From the NCBI GenBank assembly GCA_951406725.2, contig OX597823.1, forward strand, positions 84,940,001 to 85,004,000: a stretch of 64,000 nt of DNA, written 5' to 3'. A model generated the notes under the pieces. It did not search any database. It saw nothing but the letters and a program-made list of their open reading frames with translations, and was not told where the DNA came from. This stretch comes from Octopus vulgaris. Its lineage: Eukaryota. Of this stretch, positions 40,140 through 53,979 are shown piece after piece. The number at the start of each line of letters is the position of its first letter. The stretch's first letter is position 1. The translations under genes and the position numbers were made by a program.

Positions 40140-41396
40140 ATTTGTGTTCTCTAAGTATTTTTATGGTCATTGCTCTGGAGACCTTTCTGGTCCAGTACTG
40201 TCTGTCGAGATCATTGAACATATAACCCGCTTCCCTTCCATGGGGCAAGGTTTCTCTCGTGCTTCCTGTTAGTTACATATCTTGTTATTCTTATAGCTTC
40301 TTTTCTCAAACTGTAGTATTATGGAACTCACTATCTTAGTCCTCTACGATATTTAGCCCCTTTAAGCCATGATATTCAGCACCGTAAACTATGATATTCA
40401 GCGTCTGAACTTTCTGTCAATCGATACTTTTTCAATTTCTAGGCTCCTTTTTTTTTCTTTGTGCTCCCTTACACTACAGAGGCCTGAAACCTTGTATGAG
40501 AAAAAAAAAAAAAAGGAAGCGTTTAATGAATAGATATACAAATATTTATTGATATTTTTGGCCAGACGAGTGATGTGCATATCTCCAGCCTGTGGGTAGC
40601 CGTCTTTCTTTTTTCGGTTATATTGTCTATAAGGCAATTTTAATTGAGAATTACTTAAAAGGCATAGTAATTTCCGTGACCCGGAACTAGGTACTTTATA
40701 TGTGGATATCCTGCTCCCCAAATTATCAGACTTTATTCTTTTTGTACAAAGCTCTCACATCCACTTAACATACCCGCATTTCTGGGTATCAGAAGTTTTA
40801 TAGATGTTATCCTTCACTGAATTGGTAGCGAGAGTCTGGTCTTGTGCTGCAATGATCAGGCTTTCAGTGGTACGCTTCAAATCACCTCGCTCAAGCCATT
40901 CCCACGATGCAGTATTATCCTTAACGTCTTGTGTAGTCCTTTCAAACTGTCCATGCATTATCATTTCAAAGTCTTCTTTTCTCTTCTCATCAGCTCTTTG
41001 GTTAAGCTCTTCCTTGCCCACCATTTCATATTCATTTGCACCAATAGCTTTCGTGGCATATTGCAGGAGGTCTTCACCACTATTTATCAAATACTCGACA
41101 AGCGTTCTCCTTTCAGTTCTTATACAATGGTCTATACTAATTAATCCTCTGTCACCATTCTTTCTTTTTTATATATAGTGTGTTTGCGTTTGGTTTAGGG
41201 CGTAGCGACCCATGCAGCGTCATCAACGTTTTCGTCCTTGTATCCAGTGTTGATATTTCATCCATCGTCCATTTGAGGATGGATGCGCAATTTTTGACCA
41301 CCGTAACTGCCCAGATATTCATTGCGGTAATCAAACTTTTAGCATTCAGTTGGATTTCAACATCGTCTTCACCGTGTTTTGATACATCTCGCTGAC

Positions 41397-41397
<1 letters not shown>
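40140..41397 (-). mobile_element. Dong/R4-clade non-LTR retrotransposon, 5'-truncated and decayed
   Basis: LNAKSLITAMNIWAV...LDTRTKTLMTLHG...MHGQF...WEWLERGDLKRTTESLIIAAQDQTL; begins directly after (TAA)n. Confidence 0.85.
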
Positions 41398-41484
<87 letters not shown>

Positions 41485-42038
41485 GAGTAAGAGAGCAGTG
41501 CATGCCATCAAAGTGACACTGGGGTAAAATATACGAAGCCCAATATACCTATCATTGACTACCCGTCTGATAAGGGTACACTAGGCACATACATCAGAAA
41601 CATATGTGCGCGACATGATGATCTCATATCACGATAAACAGCGCATGAAGTTGCAGGTGGGACCCAGTTAGAATTTTCTTCTAGTCGAGTAGCCTATCCT
41701 GCTCAAAAGATCCCTGAATAAGGATTGTTTAAGGATGTTGAACGAAACACCCATGTTTCCAAAGGTGAATCATTCAAACCCCAAAGAGTTCCTCTCAACA
41801 CATGGCTATGATGCTCTCCCACTACTTCTGCCCATGAACAGAGATGCACATAACGTCAGCCACCAAGGGACATGGTCAACTGGTTAGGGTCAAACAACTG
41901 ACAAACAAATCTGTGGTATTGATCAAGATATTTGTTGTAGACTATCTTTAAAACCAATATAAAACAATATAGTTTATAACGCTTCCAATCAGTTAAGATA
42001 AAACGTATGGGAGCCAATATCTAGTACTGCATCAGGGC

Positions 42039-42041
<3 letters not shown>
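41485..42041 (-). mobile_element. 557-bp non-coding element bounded on both sides by TAA repeats (orientation inferred)
   Basis: Sharp boundaries with (ATT)n at 41396-41484 and 42042-42099; no ORF or TIR seen. Confidence 0.6.
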
Positions 42042-42100
<59 letters not shown>

Positions 42101-43013
42101 CTTCATCGCAGCGGAAAGAAAACTATCTGTTATGAGAAAATACTGAACACATCAACCTGATTGATGGTAAAATAACTGTTTACAATAAATAAGAACAGTC
42201 AAAGAGCTTAGTTGACGGTGTTAGTTCACCCGTGTCTTTTTACGTGTTCGATATGTTTTGGGTTAACAGTCGGTAGTTGAACAGTGAAATCTGAGTGTCG
42301 TATCTACGCTCGTGTATTACGCAGTGCCTTCTGTGTTAGCATATATTCCTGCGATATGTTGTATTTAGATAACCACAACCAACTATTTATTTGTGTCATA
42401 CCATTTTACACCAGACGTGTATACCCACGTCATAACACTATCCCAAGTAGCTATAGAAACGTATGGCTTTACATCGAAACTGAGCAGTCTCTTTCAAACT
42501 ATTGTATTTTTGAATACAAAACAAAAAGATATCAAAGACACGTTCGGCTCCTAAAACAGAGATATGATATTAGGCATTTATTTAATGACTGTTTCTTGTT
42601 TGTCCGACTTAATTCGTTAAGTAAAATGGTAAAAACTGTGAGGAATCAAGTTTATTGAAATCTGTAAAAGCAATCACAGGAAATCAGCCAAAGATTAATC
42701 AAAGGAAATTATTTTGTTGTGGCAAAACAAAAATGAATTTATTCTCTCTTTCTCTCTCCCTATGCACACACACACACAAACTCTCACACACACACTCACA
42801 AACACGCACACGCACACACACACACACACGCACACACACACAAACACGTACGCGCACAAACACACACACACACAAACACGCACATACACACGTACATGTA
42901 TATATGTAGGTATGTATATATATATATAGGCGCAGGGGTGTGTGCTTTGTTAGTATGTGTGCGTTTGCGAGTGTGTATATATATGTATATATATTTATAG
43001 CATTACATATATA

Positions 43014-43045
<32 letters not shown>

Positions 43046-44449
43046 TGCATTATATATATATGTGTGTATATATATATATAAATATGTATATATATGTATG
43101 TATATATATGTATATGTATGTGTAGATATATGTATATATATATATACAAAGATATATGATATATATGCACATTCAATTTGTGTATGCATATGAACGTGTA
43201 ACCATGTATATACATACCCTCACATACAGACATATATATATATATACACACATACACAAACACAAACACACACTTATAAACCAATACAAACTGCACAGCC
43301 TCAAAAACAAAAACAACAGTAAATTCGAAATATACTGTAAAATCTTTCATAGTTGATTGGAAGAAGCTATTTCTGTCGAAGTTAGCTTTGGTGGATAGTC
43401 GCCAACGATATAATTTTGCGTGCCAAATTATTGTAATTAACAACAGATTAATATTTCCTGTATATATTTTTGTTGTTACAAAAAAATAATAAGGCAAACA
43501 ATCATTTTTGGAAAACATATATAAGAAATTCTATAATAATTCTACATTGTTATTTGTCATCACTAGAATAGATGTTTTATAGCTATTTATTTAGATTTTA
43601 TTTTCTCTTACGAATCTTGATTTTTGTCTTATTATTTTCCTTTTATTTTGCAGAAACATTCAAACACATGTACTGATATTATGACGATCTCACAAACATA
43701 GAAAAGTATAGGAACGCACGCAATAAGTACAGCCATTTTGCACACATAATTAAAAGCAGTTATCTAACAAATGACATCGGGAATAACACACAACATCTTG
43801 CAATTAATAAGATTTTAAAGAAATGTTTCATTTCACTGAAATGAGACTTGTATTTTTTCTAACCGCCCTTATTAAATTATTAATCACTGCACCAGAACGG
43901 GATATGTTACGAAAACACGATTGTTAGCGGAGATAATTAAAGTATGAAATTTCCGAAATTTGTTTATAATTATTCATAGTACGAAGTTTTAAAGAGAACA
44001 TGAATATTTATTTATAGAAGTGGATTGGAGGGAGATATGTTGGGAAAACATAATTCTTGAATAGAATTCAGAAAATATACGTAAATAAATTTAGATTTTT
44101 AAAAACACAAAGATTCTTAATACATATAATCTGCGTGTGGATAGTATAACTAAAGAAACAGGATAAAAGGATAATAAATCGTATATATATGACAACAATA
44201 ACTTGGTATGGTGTGTAGTATAGCCTTAAACTGAATCTGGTATTAGTTCCCTGGTTCGAGAATTTCAGGGTTTGAAGTGTGCGAAACCACACCTTATTCA
44301 TTACTGTTCCCGGGTCTAATCTAACCCGGAATAATAATACCTGTCAGGGTGCCTGTTCGGGGCTGATTAACACATTATGGAAAAAAATGAAAACTCCAAG
44401 CACGAACACTCACTGACTTGTGAGGGTATTGTGGAAGAAAAAGGTTAGG

Positions 44450-45960
44450 GCTCAACCTTAACAGGAAATCAAGGAGTAAAGTTCCTTAGGTGATCCGTTG
44501 TCCTCTTTGACACCTTACCACCAGCTGTTGGGTAGGTGGATCTCTGCAGGCTTGTAGGACAATTCATCTAGAAGAAGGCCACTACAGTGTAATACCTACA
44601 GCTTGCTGTTCCCCACAGACATTTTAATCACTGCGCTATTCTGTTTAGACCATCGAGACTAAAGACAAGGTAGACTGGCTTACTTTAAAACTAAGCGCAA
44701 GCGGAAGGAAATTTGACCCAGGCTCACTGGAGCCTGTTTTTGAAGAATTGGTTTACATGGCCACGTGGGGTACAAGACGTTCTGCCTTACGATGTTCAGA
44801 CACAACGATCAACAATCACTACTTTACATAATGTTTTTTAAAAGATATATGTAACATGGCACGTAATGCGTTTTGTCTGAGCCAGTTTTTAATATAGGGT
44901 CAGGATTTGGTAAGATTTATATCTTTGACGAAGCAGGATGGAATTTAGCTTATGGTGACTGATTGATGCATTGACTATGTATCCTCTTTTACCTTTAGCT
45001 CTTCGTAAAGTACAGATCATGAACATATGTCAAAATATATAAACGTAATTTGAAATTGACCAAAAAGAAATCATCTGTGAGACTGTAAGATGGAAAATGG
45101 AAACAAAAATGACTTAACTACATCGGAATAGAAAGCGGAACACTCCAACCGGATTCACGCAAAGCATACACTTTTGAGTGTTTACTCAAGAAATGTAAAG
45201 GCTCTGTCAAACTACATTTAGAACATATGGGAGAATAATACAAATATAGCTATAAAATGAGAAACAGTAGACAGTGCCATTCGGAAATATATAATTCCGT
45301 GGCATTCTCGCTTATGTTATAGACAAGCATAACGTAAGAAACTGGAAACATCCCTTCTTCAGTGAAACAAAATGAGACAATATTACATTATAGATATCAG
45401 GATAAATTCTTTTTGGTCTAAAAGCGAGACCAGACTGCAAATATGCTCTCTACACTGCATAAATGAAGATTACAGGGACCAGAACAAATTCATTTGTAGG
45501 AACCAGTCTAAATAGTAAGCAGAGAAAATATATGACGTAACGGTAGCAGACATTGCTGTGGCGTTCTGTCATAACGAAATCTAAAACAACAAAAATGAAT
45601 GGTAATAAACGCAACTATAATAATATTGACAATTCAAAGCTTCAGATATAAAATAACCTGGTCACTGGCCAGGGAATACCTAAGAAGATCTGTAGGAGAA
45701 TCAAATGTATAAAAAAGAAATTATTGAAGACAACAAAATGCCTAAATTAGTGACACAGAATATACAAAATTAACCGATAATTACAGAAAAAACTATCATG
45801 TATTTTACCAAAGACAAACGAAAGCAAAAGAAAAAAGAGCATCAAACAAACGGCAAAATTTAAGCAGCACCGCAGAGAATGATAATACTAAAATTTATGT
45901 GGAAGATAGCCACTGAATTTTAGGTGGAAGACATTCAAGGATAATAAAAAGAATCAAACG
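44450..45960 (+). mobile_element. Highly decayed RTE-like LINE 5' region (UTR + APE endonuclease remnants)
   Basis: Scattered TW.V, ETVRW, LAY, AFC and ITW-like motifs in endonuclease order, with many stops and frameshifts. Confidence 0.4.
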
Positions 45961-46013
45961 AACAATTGATTTGAGGCGCAGGTGTGGCTGTGTGGTAAAT
46001 AGCGTGCTTACCA

Positions 46014-47506
46014 TTGCGCATGAGCGAGACAGAGTTGTGTGTTTGACATTGAAGCTGTAAGACGTGCTTTTGAAACCGTTTAAATTGAAGATTTTTGAAA
46101 CTCAGCCGTAAGGTAAGATTTTTTGCGGTCTAGTGGGGACCTGTTGTCTGTCGCAATTAATTTTTATAAACAAGAAGTCCTCACTGGATTCTAGTCTGCC
46201 TGAGGCCGAGTGAAAATTTTTGTTTCACTTAATTGTGAAAATTATTGGTTTGATGGGCGTATCCTGCCGCAAAATTTTGTTTGAAAATAGTGTTTCAACA
46301 ATATTGTTCCTGTCAAGGAGTACCTATAAGACGAAAATTGGAATGATCTTTTAACTGTTTTACAATTGCGTCAAAAATTTGGCCTGGAGTACCGAGTGGC
46401 CTTTTCTGCGTTTTGAACCGTTGCTCTCTCTTCATCTATCTTTTATTTAAAAAACTCTTTATTGAACTGTTATTTTTTTTTCTCTCCTTCCTTTTTGTTT
46501 GGACGTTTTTCCTCTTCCTTCTTTTTCCTTAATTATTTTATATTTTAACAACTGTATTTTTGGACTTATTTAGAAAAAAACATGGCAAATAACAATGGAA
46601 AGTTGGTGGAGTGGGAAATTAAACCACACAAAAAGTGGTTAAAAGAACTTGAAAGTAAGACCTACTCTAGGACCCTCGACGCCATTGCCGTTTTCAGACA
46701 GGATATAATCGAAAGAGAGCTGGTAGAATTTAAGCCAGTGATTAAGTTTATCACTCAGTGGGGTGGGGGTCACATACGCAACCGTGTGGCTGCTGTTTGA
46801 CTCCCCGTGAATTTGCGAGCCAGTCCCTGGAGGTGTAATGAAATTTTGTTTCTTCCCTGCTTATTGTGGGAAGAATGTGACGAGGGCTTGAGTTTGCGGC
46901 TTGCCACCCGGTGTTGAGCCCGAATGGATAGGAGATACTATCCGCTGGGGTCTGAGTGAGAGTAGCACCAAGCTCCTCAACGTAAATATTCTGCCTGCAG
47001 CTGACTGGGAGGGGTTAAAAGCGGTTTTGACCCTATGGACCTAGTCAGCCGAAAGTCTGGTATTTCCAGACTTTTTGAGAATGGCCGGATCTAGGTATCT
47101 AGTGATGCTTGAGGGACGCCCCCACAAGTGTCATCGGTGCTTGAAGCTTGACCATATAAAAAAGAACTGTTCTCAAGGGCAAAGCAAAGTCCTGGAGCGG
47201 TTGACAGAGACCTCTGCAGAGGAGGGAATGAAGGCAGCCGGAAAGAAGGAGGACTCCCGAAAGAAAAGCCCCAAAAGGAAGAAAGTAAACTATAATGGAT
47301 GATCACCGAAGGATCCTGGAGATGAGGGAGGGGAGGCGAATCTCCAGGTCACGGACGAGACGCTGCCTCCCCCAGTCGAGAAGAAAAAAGAGGAAGAGGA
47401 GGAGAAACGTGACATTGCCGGCAGTCGGAGACATGGCGCCGGAGTGTCACGAGACCTCGTCGGTTGTGCCATCGGAGGAGGGGAGATACCATTAGCGGGA
47501 ATTGTG
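46014..47506 (+). mobile_element. Tx1/L1-like retrotransposon 5' part: 5'UTR + disrupted ORF1 with gag-type zinc knuckle
   Basis: ATG at 46582; CHRCLKLDHIKKNC (CX2CX4HX4C) at 47129-47170 followed by a K/E-rich tail; flanked by SINE B head (45975-46013) and tail (47507-47538). Confidence 0.7.
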
Positions 47507-48163
47507 CAAATGACTGAAACAAGTAAAAGAGTAAAAGACAGGAAACAAGATATAATTGAGGAAAACGAGATACGATGAGGAAACCGCTTTGGAGAGTGAG
47601 ACTGAATATTGAAAAGGAAACACTATTTAGATAAAATATATGTAACAGGATATGATTATAAAAGAAGGACATAGATGCTGAACAATAACAGAACTGTCAA
47701 TGGGAGGAAATAACACCACAAAAATATATTTTAAAATCTTTGAAAACCATTGAAATTTATGGTATAATGGCGGAAATGACCAATGAAAGAAAAGCAAAAA
47801 CGAAATCAACAAAAGAAGTAAAGGAAATGATGCTAACTCCAATTAAACCATCCAAATACAAAATCGAGCCATAAGCAACAGAATGAAAGCATTTCGATAT
47901 ATCGTTGCTGTTATGTTAAACTGTCGTATGTCCAAATTTGGCCAGATGCGTTGTTTTTAATATATATTTTTGTTTGCAACTAACCGGTTATTTTGGTCAA
48001 ACTACCGTATCTCCAGCTGCTTCAGATGCCAAGATATCAAAAGTTGTCAAAGTGTAGTACAACGGTTTTGCTTCCGAATAGTGGAACTATGTTTTCGTTT
48101 TCTAAAAAAGCAACGTTTTGGATTTACGATATCTTTGCATAATAGCCTCGATATATATATCTT

Positions 48164-48438
48164 GTGGAGGTGCAATGCCCCAGTGGTTAGGGCAGCGGAC
48201 TCGCGGTTTCGATTCCCAGACCGGGCGTTGTGAGTGTTTATTGAGCGAAGACACCTAAAACTCCACGAGGCTCCGACAGGGGGTGGTGGCGATCCCTGCT
48301 GTACTCTTTCGCCACAACTTTCTCTCACTCTTTCTTCTATTGGCCTGCTCGCTTAGCCAGCGGGGTGGCGTCATTTAAAGGCTAAAACAATGCGAAACGC
48401 ATTTATCTATCTATGGTCGGTCACGGTGATCACGGTGA
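48164..48438 (+). mobile_element. SINE family C with small internal deletions
   Basis: Matches 38050-38345; atatatatatctt on both sides. Confidence 0.88.
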
Positions 48439-48477
48439 TATATATATATATCTTATACACATACACACACATATATA

Positions 48478-48608
48478 GAGGTATGCTGGTACAAAAAGGA
48501 AAACTAAAACTCAAAATATGAGTATATGTATATTATTATTACTATTAAGTGATAACAACACAGTGACTCAAGTTCGGAGAGTTTCGTGCACTGGCCCTTG
48601 TGTGTGCA
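48478..48608 (-). other. 5'-truncated hammerhead/pLTR-like remnant
   Basis: Minus UGCAC-loop-GUGCA-C-GAA-ACUC-loop-GAGU-C; CUGANGA replaced by CA microsatellite; T-rich tail follows. Confidence 0.4.
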
Positions 48609-48903
48609 TGTATGTGTGACCATGTGACTCTGTGCCTGTGTGTGTGTGTGTGTGTGTGTGTGTGAGTGAGTATATGTCTGGTGTGTGTATATGCACACGC
48701 ATAAGATGTTACCGATATTCTTAAAACAAAATCCTGTAATAAGATACACAGCGCAGGATTCAGAAAAATATTTATGATAATTTTGTTAAAATTCGAAATG
48801 AACTTTTACTATTTGTACCTTATTGAAGACATCACCTTCACCATAACACCAACGTGAGATTCCAAACCCACTCTTCAAATATAACTCATAAGATCTTCCT
48901 CTG

Positions 48904-49024
<121 letters not shown>

Positions 49025-49401
49025 ATATCTATCTATCTATCTATCTATGCATATATAATATTTATACATGTGTCTGTATGTCTATAAATGTCCTTCTCTC
49101 CCTGTATATGTATGTGTGTGTGTATGTATACGTATATATATATATGTATATACAGACATATATAAATATATATACGCATACACACACACACACACACACA
49201 CACAACACACACAAACACACACATATATATATATACTCATATCTATGCATCCTTATCTATATCTGCAGCTCTATCGAAATATATTTATCTCTCTATTTAC
49301 CTACATGCATGTGTGTGTGTGTGTGCATATATATATATATATATATGTATGTATGCATGTAAGTACACACTCACTCACTCATATATATATGTTATATATT
49401 T

Positions 49402-49439
<38 letters not shown>

Positions 49440-49975
49440 GTATATGCCCATATATATATGCATATGCTGCCTTCTAAGATTTCATTACATACTGTTTGTC
49501 GTGTGTTTTTTTTCCCGAATTTGTTTGCAAACCATTCCATGTAATCATTACATGAAACCTTACGTTTCAACACATAATGCAGTGTATTGGGGAATACCTG
49601 AGACATAAGCAATTCAATAGAATGCATGAAGCAATTTAGTTATATTAATATATATATATATATATATACATGTTTCTATGCATGTGTGAGTACATGTGTT
49701 TGGAAATGCATGCAAGTACAATCCATTTGAGAACAAACACATTGAGAGAAACGTATACAGGAATACATATATATATATAGAGATATATATATGTATGCAT
49801 AAATATGTGTACACACACACGCGCGCACACATGCACGCACACATGCACGCACACATGCACGCACACATGCACGCACACATGCACGCACACATGCACACAT
49901 ATGCGTATATAAACATATATGTACGGAAAAATGTATGCATGTATGGACAAATGTGTACAGGCTTATATACACACG

Positions 49976-50048
<73 letters not shown>

Positions 50049-50099
50049 ATATGCATGCATATATATATGTATGCGTATATATATGCATGTACATATGTG

Positions 50100-50130
<31 letters not shown>

Positions 50131-51192
50131 TGTGTGTGTGTGTGTGTATTCAAATAGGAATACGTCAAGATGTGAAAGTGCACCATTATTTCAATTGTAC
50201 AAATGTACATATGCAATGGTAACCTCAACAATATTCATTCTTATTTAATTGGTGCAGTGAACGATCATTATGATGATGACGACGACGACGACGATGATGA
50301 TGACGATGGATGGGTGGATAGTAATGGCAGTCGTGTCGGTGTTGGCGTTGGTAGTGGTGTTGGTTGCTTTCACATGTCTCTGTTCATGACGACTACGACG
50401 AAGGCATCGATCACGACGACGACGACGAAGTCGGCGACCTCAACGATGCGAACGACGGTGATATTTCTGACGATAATGCTATCAAAGATCTTTCAATGGA
50501 AGACATTGGAATTTGTTGCTGATTGTGTCAAACTATTGAAACTCAACACATCACGTTTGTATTTGTTAATAACTTGAGGTGAGTCTATTTAAGTAGCAAC
50601 CATACAGAAAGAAAGTACAGATAGGAATGAAATGGATCCTTCAACCTTTACATTTTTTCATTTGAAAGCCATAGTACCGAAAGATGTAGATAAAGGGCCG
50701 TATGACACCCTTTTTTAAAATATATAAACACTCAACATGTTTATTTAATTATATATTTATTCTATATAATCAGAAAAAGCAATCTTCTCGAACAATTTGC
50801 TGTGAATTGGAAGAAATAATAGAGCGTTAGACAAAATGTTTTGCGGCATTTATTTATGGGTCTATAATTTCCCAGTTCAAATACCTCAGACACGAGTTTA
50901 ATCTCTCTTTCTTCTGTAGTTAATAACATAACGTACTTATCAAAATACCGAGGGGGAAAGTATTGACTAATCTCCGTTCCACAGATTAGAAACCATTATC
51001 CTTATTATATTAAGCTGGCGAACTGGCAGAAAAATTTAACTTTCGTCAGTCTATACGTTCTGAGTTCAAATTTCATCGACGTCGACTTTGCAGTCCATAC
51101 TTCGCGGTTGATAATACAAGTACCAATCAGCTACAGGTGGTGATGTAACCGATTAGCACCCTTCCCCCAAAATTTCAGGCCCTTATGCCTCT

Positions 51193-51960
51193 ACTCTTTT
51201 ACTCTTTTACTTGTTTCAGTCATCTGACTGCAGCCATGCTAGAGTACCGTCTTTAGTCGAGCAAATAAACTCCAGGACTTATTCTTTGTAAGTCTAGTAC
51301 TTATTCTATCGGTCGCTTGTGCCGAACCACGAAGTTACGGGGACGTAAACACACCAGCATCGGTTGTCAAGCAATGTTGGGGGGGATACACAAACACACA
51401 CACATATATATACATAGACATATACATATTAGTCGAGGAAATTGTCAGGTCTCTCATACGTGCTGCTGGTAACACGAAATCCCATATGTCCCTGTTGTTA
51501 GGTCGGGTCGTCGGCGATTAAAATGTCACCTCCACCAGGCAAGCCTAGTGAGGATGGTTGCTAGAAACCTAGCAGAAGTAAAAATAAAACTTGTCAAAAC
51601 GATAGATGTACCCAGTATAGGTTCAAAGTATAGGCGTGCAAGGAGGCCACTGGGTGTGAGAAACCCCTCAACGTTTAATAAATCAAGTCTCTCGGGGAAG
51701 TTAACTCTGTTCTTAAACCGGATATGCAGGAATGAATATCTTACCTCGGGTTGTCAATTGTCATGACAATCGAATGGAAAGTACCTGTGAAGTGTTGTCT
51801 AAGCCTTTTTAGAGCTAACACAGGCTTTGTTGATATTTTGCATGGGTGTGTGGTAAGAAGTTTGCTTCCCAACCACATGGTTCCAGGTTCAGTGTCATCT
51901 ACTATGGCCTCGGGCCTTGTGAGTGGATTTGCAGGTGGAAACTGAAAAACGCCCGTCGTG
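51193..51960. mobile_element. SINE B tail (51193-51400, minus) and head (51840-51960, plus) around an unidentified GC-richer segment (51430-51800)
   Basis: Alignment with 37121-37527; degenerate family A copies at 50800-51190. Confidence 0.7.
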
Positions 51961-51966
51961 TATATG

Positions 51967-52003
<37 letters not shown>

Positions 52004-52017
52004 CATATGAAATAATA

Positions 52018-52395
52018 TTATTATGTTTGATAACGGAGAGATCCAATGGATACAAATTTATTAATTAATTAATATCTTCACCTACAATTGTTTCATTTCG
52101 CATCCAATTTAAACTACAAATAATATATGAATATATAACCTTGCATTTCAAAATACCTTGGGTGGAAAATCATCAGGGTATGCAAAAGGACAATACAAGG
52201 ATCACATTGATTTGTTGGAATTCTCCAATATATTCAGAATGTTTTACCCAAGGTATTTTGAAATGCACGATTATATATTTATATATGTTTTGTAGTTTAA
52301 ATTGGATGCGAAATGAAACAATTGTAGGCGAAAATGTTAATTAATCAATTAATTAATGTATCTCCACTCGATCGCTCCGTTTTCAAACTTAATAA
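52018..52395. mobile_element. Foldback element (~146-bp arms, ~82-bp spacer) in (TA)n, carrying a hammerhead-like motif on the minus strand (52079-52180)
   Basis: Arms 52018-52163 and 52246-52395; minus UACC-CUGAUGA-..UUUC..GAAA-U-GAA-AC-AAUU-GU-A-GGUG. Confidence 0.7.
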
Positions 52396-52851
52396 TTATA
52401 TTTGATATTTTATGATATTTCATGTAATATATTCATTGAAGAAATATCTCTTCAAAATACAGCGTATCAAACCAGTGTTTCTTGGACAAAAAATATTCCA
52501 GTAGGCGGTCTAAATATCCTCATAATGACTATATATATATATATATATATATATTTATTAATATATATACATACGAGGAGAGCGTACGTTATATCTGTAT
52601 ACTCGTGTAAGTGTATAAGAGTGTATGTGTGTATTTGTGAGTATTTGAAAAGTTGAATGAACACAACCATAAACAGACAAATATGTACATACATATGAGA
52701 TATTTACATACAGATATTTATATGTATAAATCAACGGTCATGCATTTCCTTAGATAATTTGAATGCTTGATGTTTGAAATTCTCGATTAAATCCTTTTAT
52801 GATATTTCAAACTGAAATAGATTAGTAGAGTTACAATTTGTGTGTGCGTAT

Positions 52852-52883
<32 letters not shown>

Positions 52884-52889
52884 GCAGTA

Positions 52890-53059
52890 GCGGCCATAGT
52901 ATAAGGGTCAGTAAGAGAAAAACGACGGCATGACTTATTCTTTGTAAGTGTAGTATTTATTCTATCGGCTCTCTTTTGCCGAACCGCTAAGTTACGGTGA
53001 CGTAAACACACCATCATTAGGTGTGAAGCGAAGCTGGTGGGACAAACAGAGACACACAA

Positions 53060-53147
<88 letters not shown>

Positions 53148-53306
53148 GACGGGCTTGTTTCAGTTTCCGTCTACCAAATCCACTCACAAAGCGTTGGCTG
53201 TCCGGAGGATATAGTAGAAGAAAATTGCCCAAGGTGCCATGCAAGGGGACTGAATCAGGAATCAGGTACTCGCGAAGCGCGCTTCTTACCACACAGCCAC
53301 TCCTGC
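52890..53306 (-). mobile_element. SINE family B
   Basis: Ends ...cttaccacacagccactcctgc; a further degenerate copy lies at 55950-56310. Confidence 0.85.
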
Positions 53307-53413
53307 ATTTATTTTCGTTCTTATGTTTGATACAGGAAATATATATATATATATATATATATAAATGTATATATATATGTATATATATATGTATATATAT
53401 ATATATGTATATA

Positions 53414-53445
<32 letters not shown>

Positions 53446-53934
53446 CTATATATATATGTATATATATACAGGTATATATATATGCCTGCATATATATATT
53501 TGCATATTATATACGTATTTGTATGTGTTTGTGTACAGCACCTGTAATAACAAAAGCAACAAGAATTACAAATATAACGATAATAATGGTAACAAGAAGA
53601 ATAAGAAAAGTTATAGGAATTGAATTTCCTCAGAAGGAAGGAGTGTATAGCAAAATTGTAAATTATGAAAAATGGTTGTTTTGTTGGATTTTTCGCACTT
53701 TCTCTGAATATAAACATATATCAATATGAATATTACTACATATATACAAACACATATGCATGTCTATATATATATATAGATTTATATATATATATATATA
53801 CTTACATATATTTATAGTTATATGAATATGTATAAATACTTCCAAAACAAAATATATAACTTATACGTATGCGTGTTTGTGTATTTATAGATTCACACAC
53901 AGGCACACGCATATATACACACATACATATACAA

Positions 53935-53979
<45 letters not shown>

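Noticed and set aside
43600-43720. Strong plus-strand acceptor ttttattttgcag at 43653
   Set aside because: All three frames close within about 50 nt and no good donor follows
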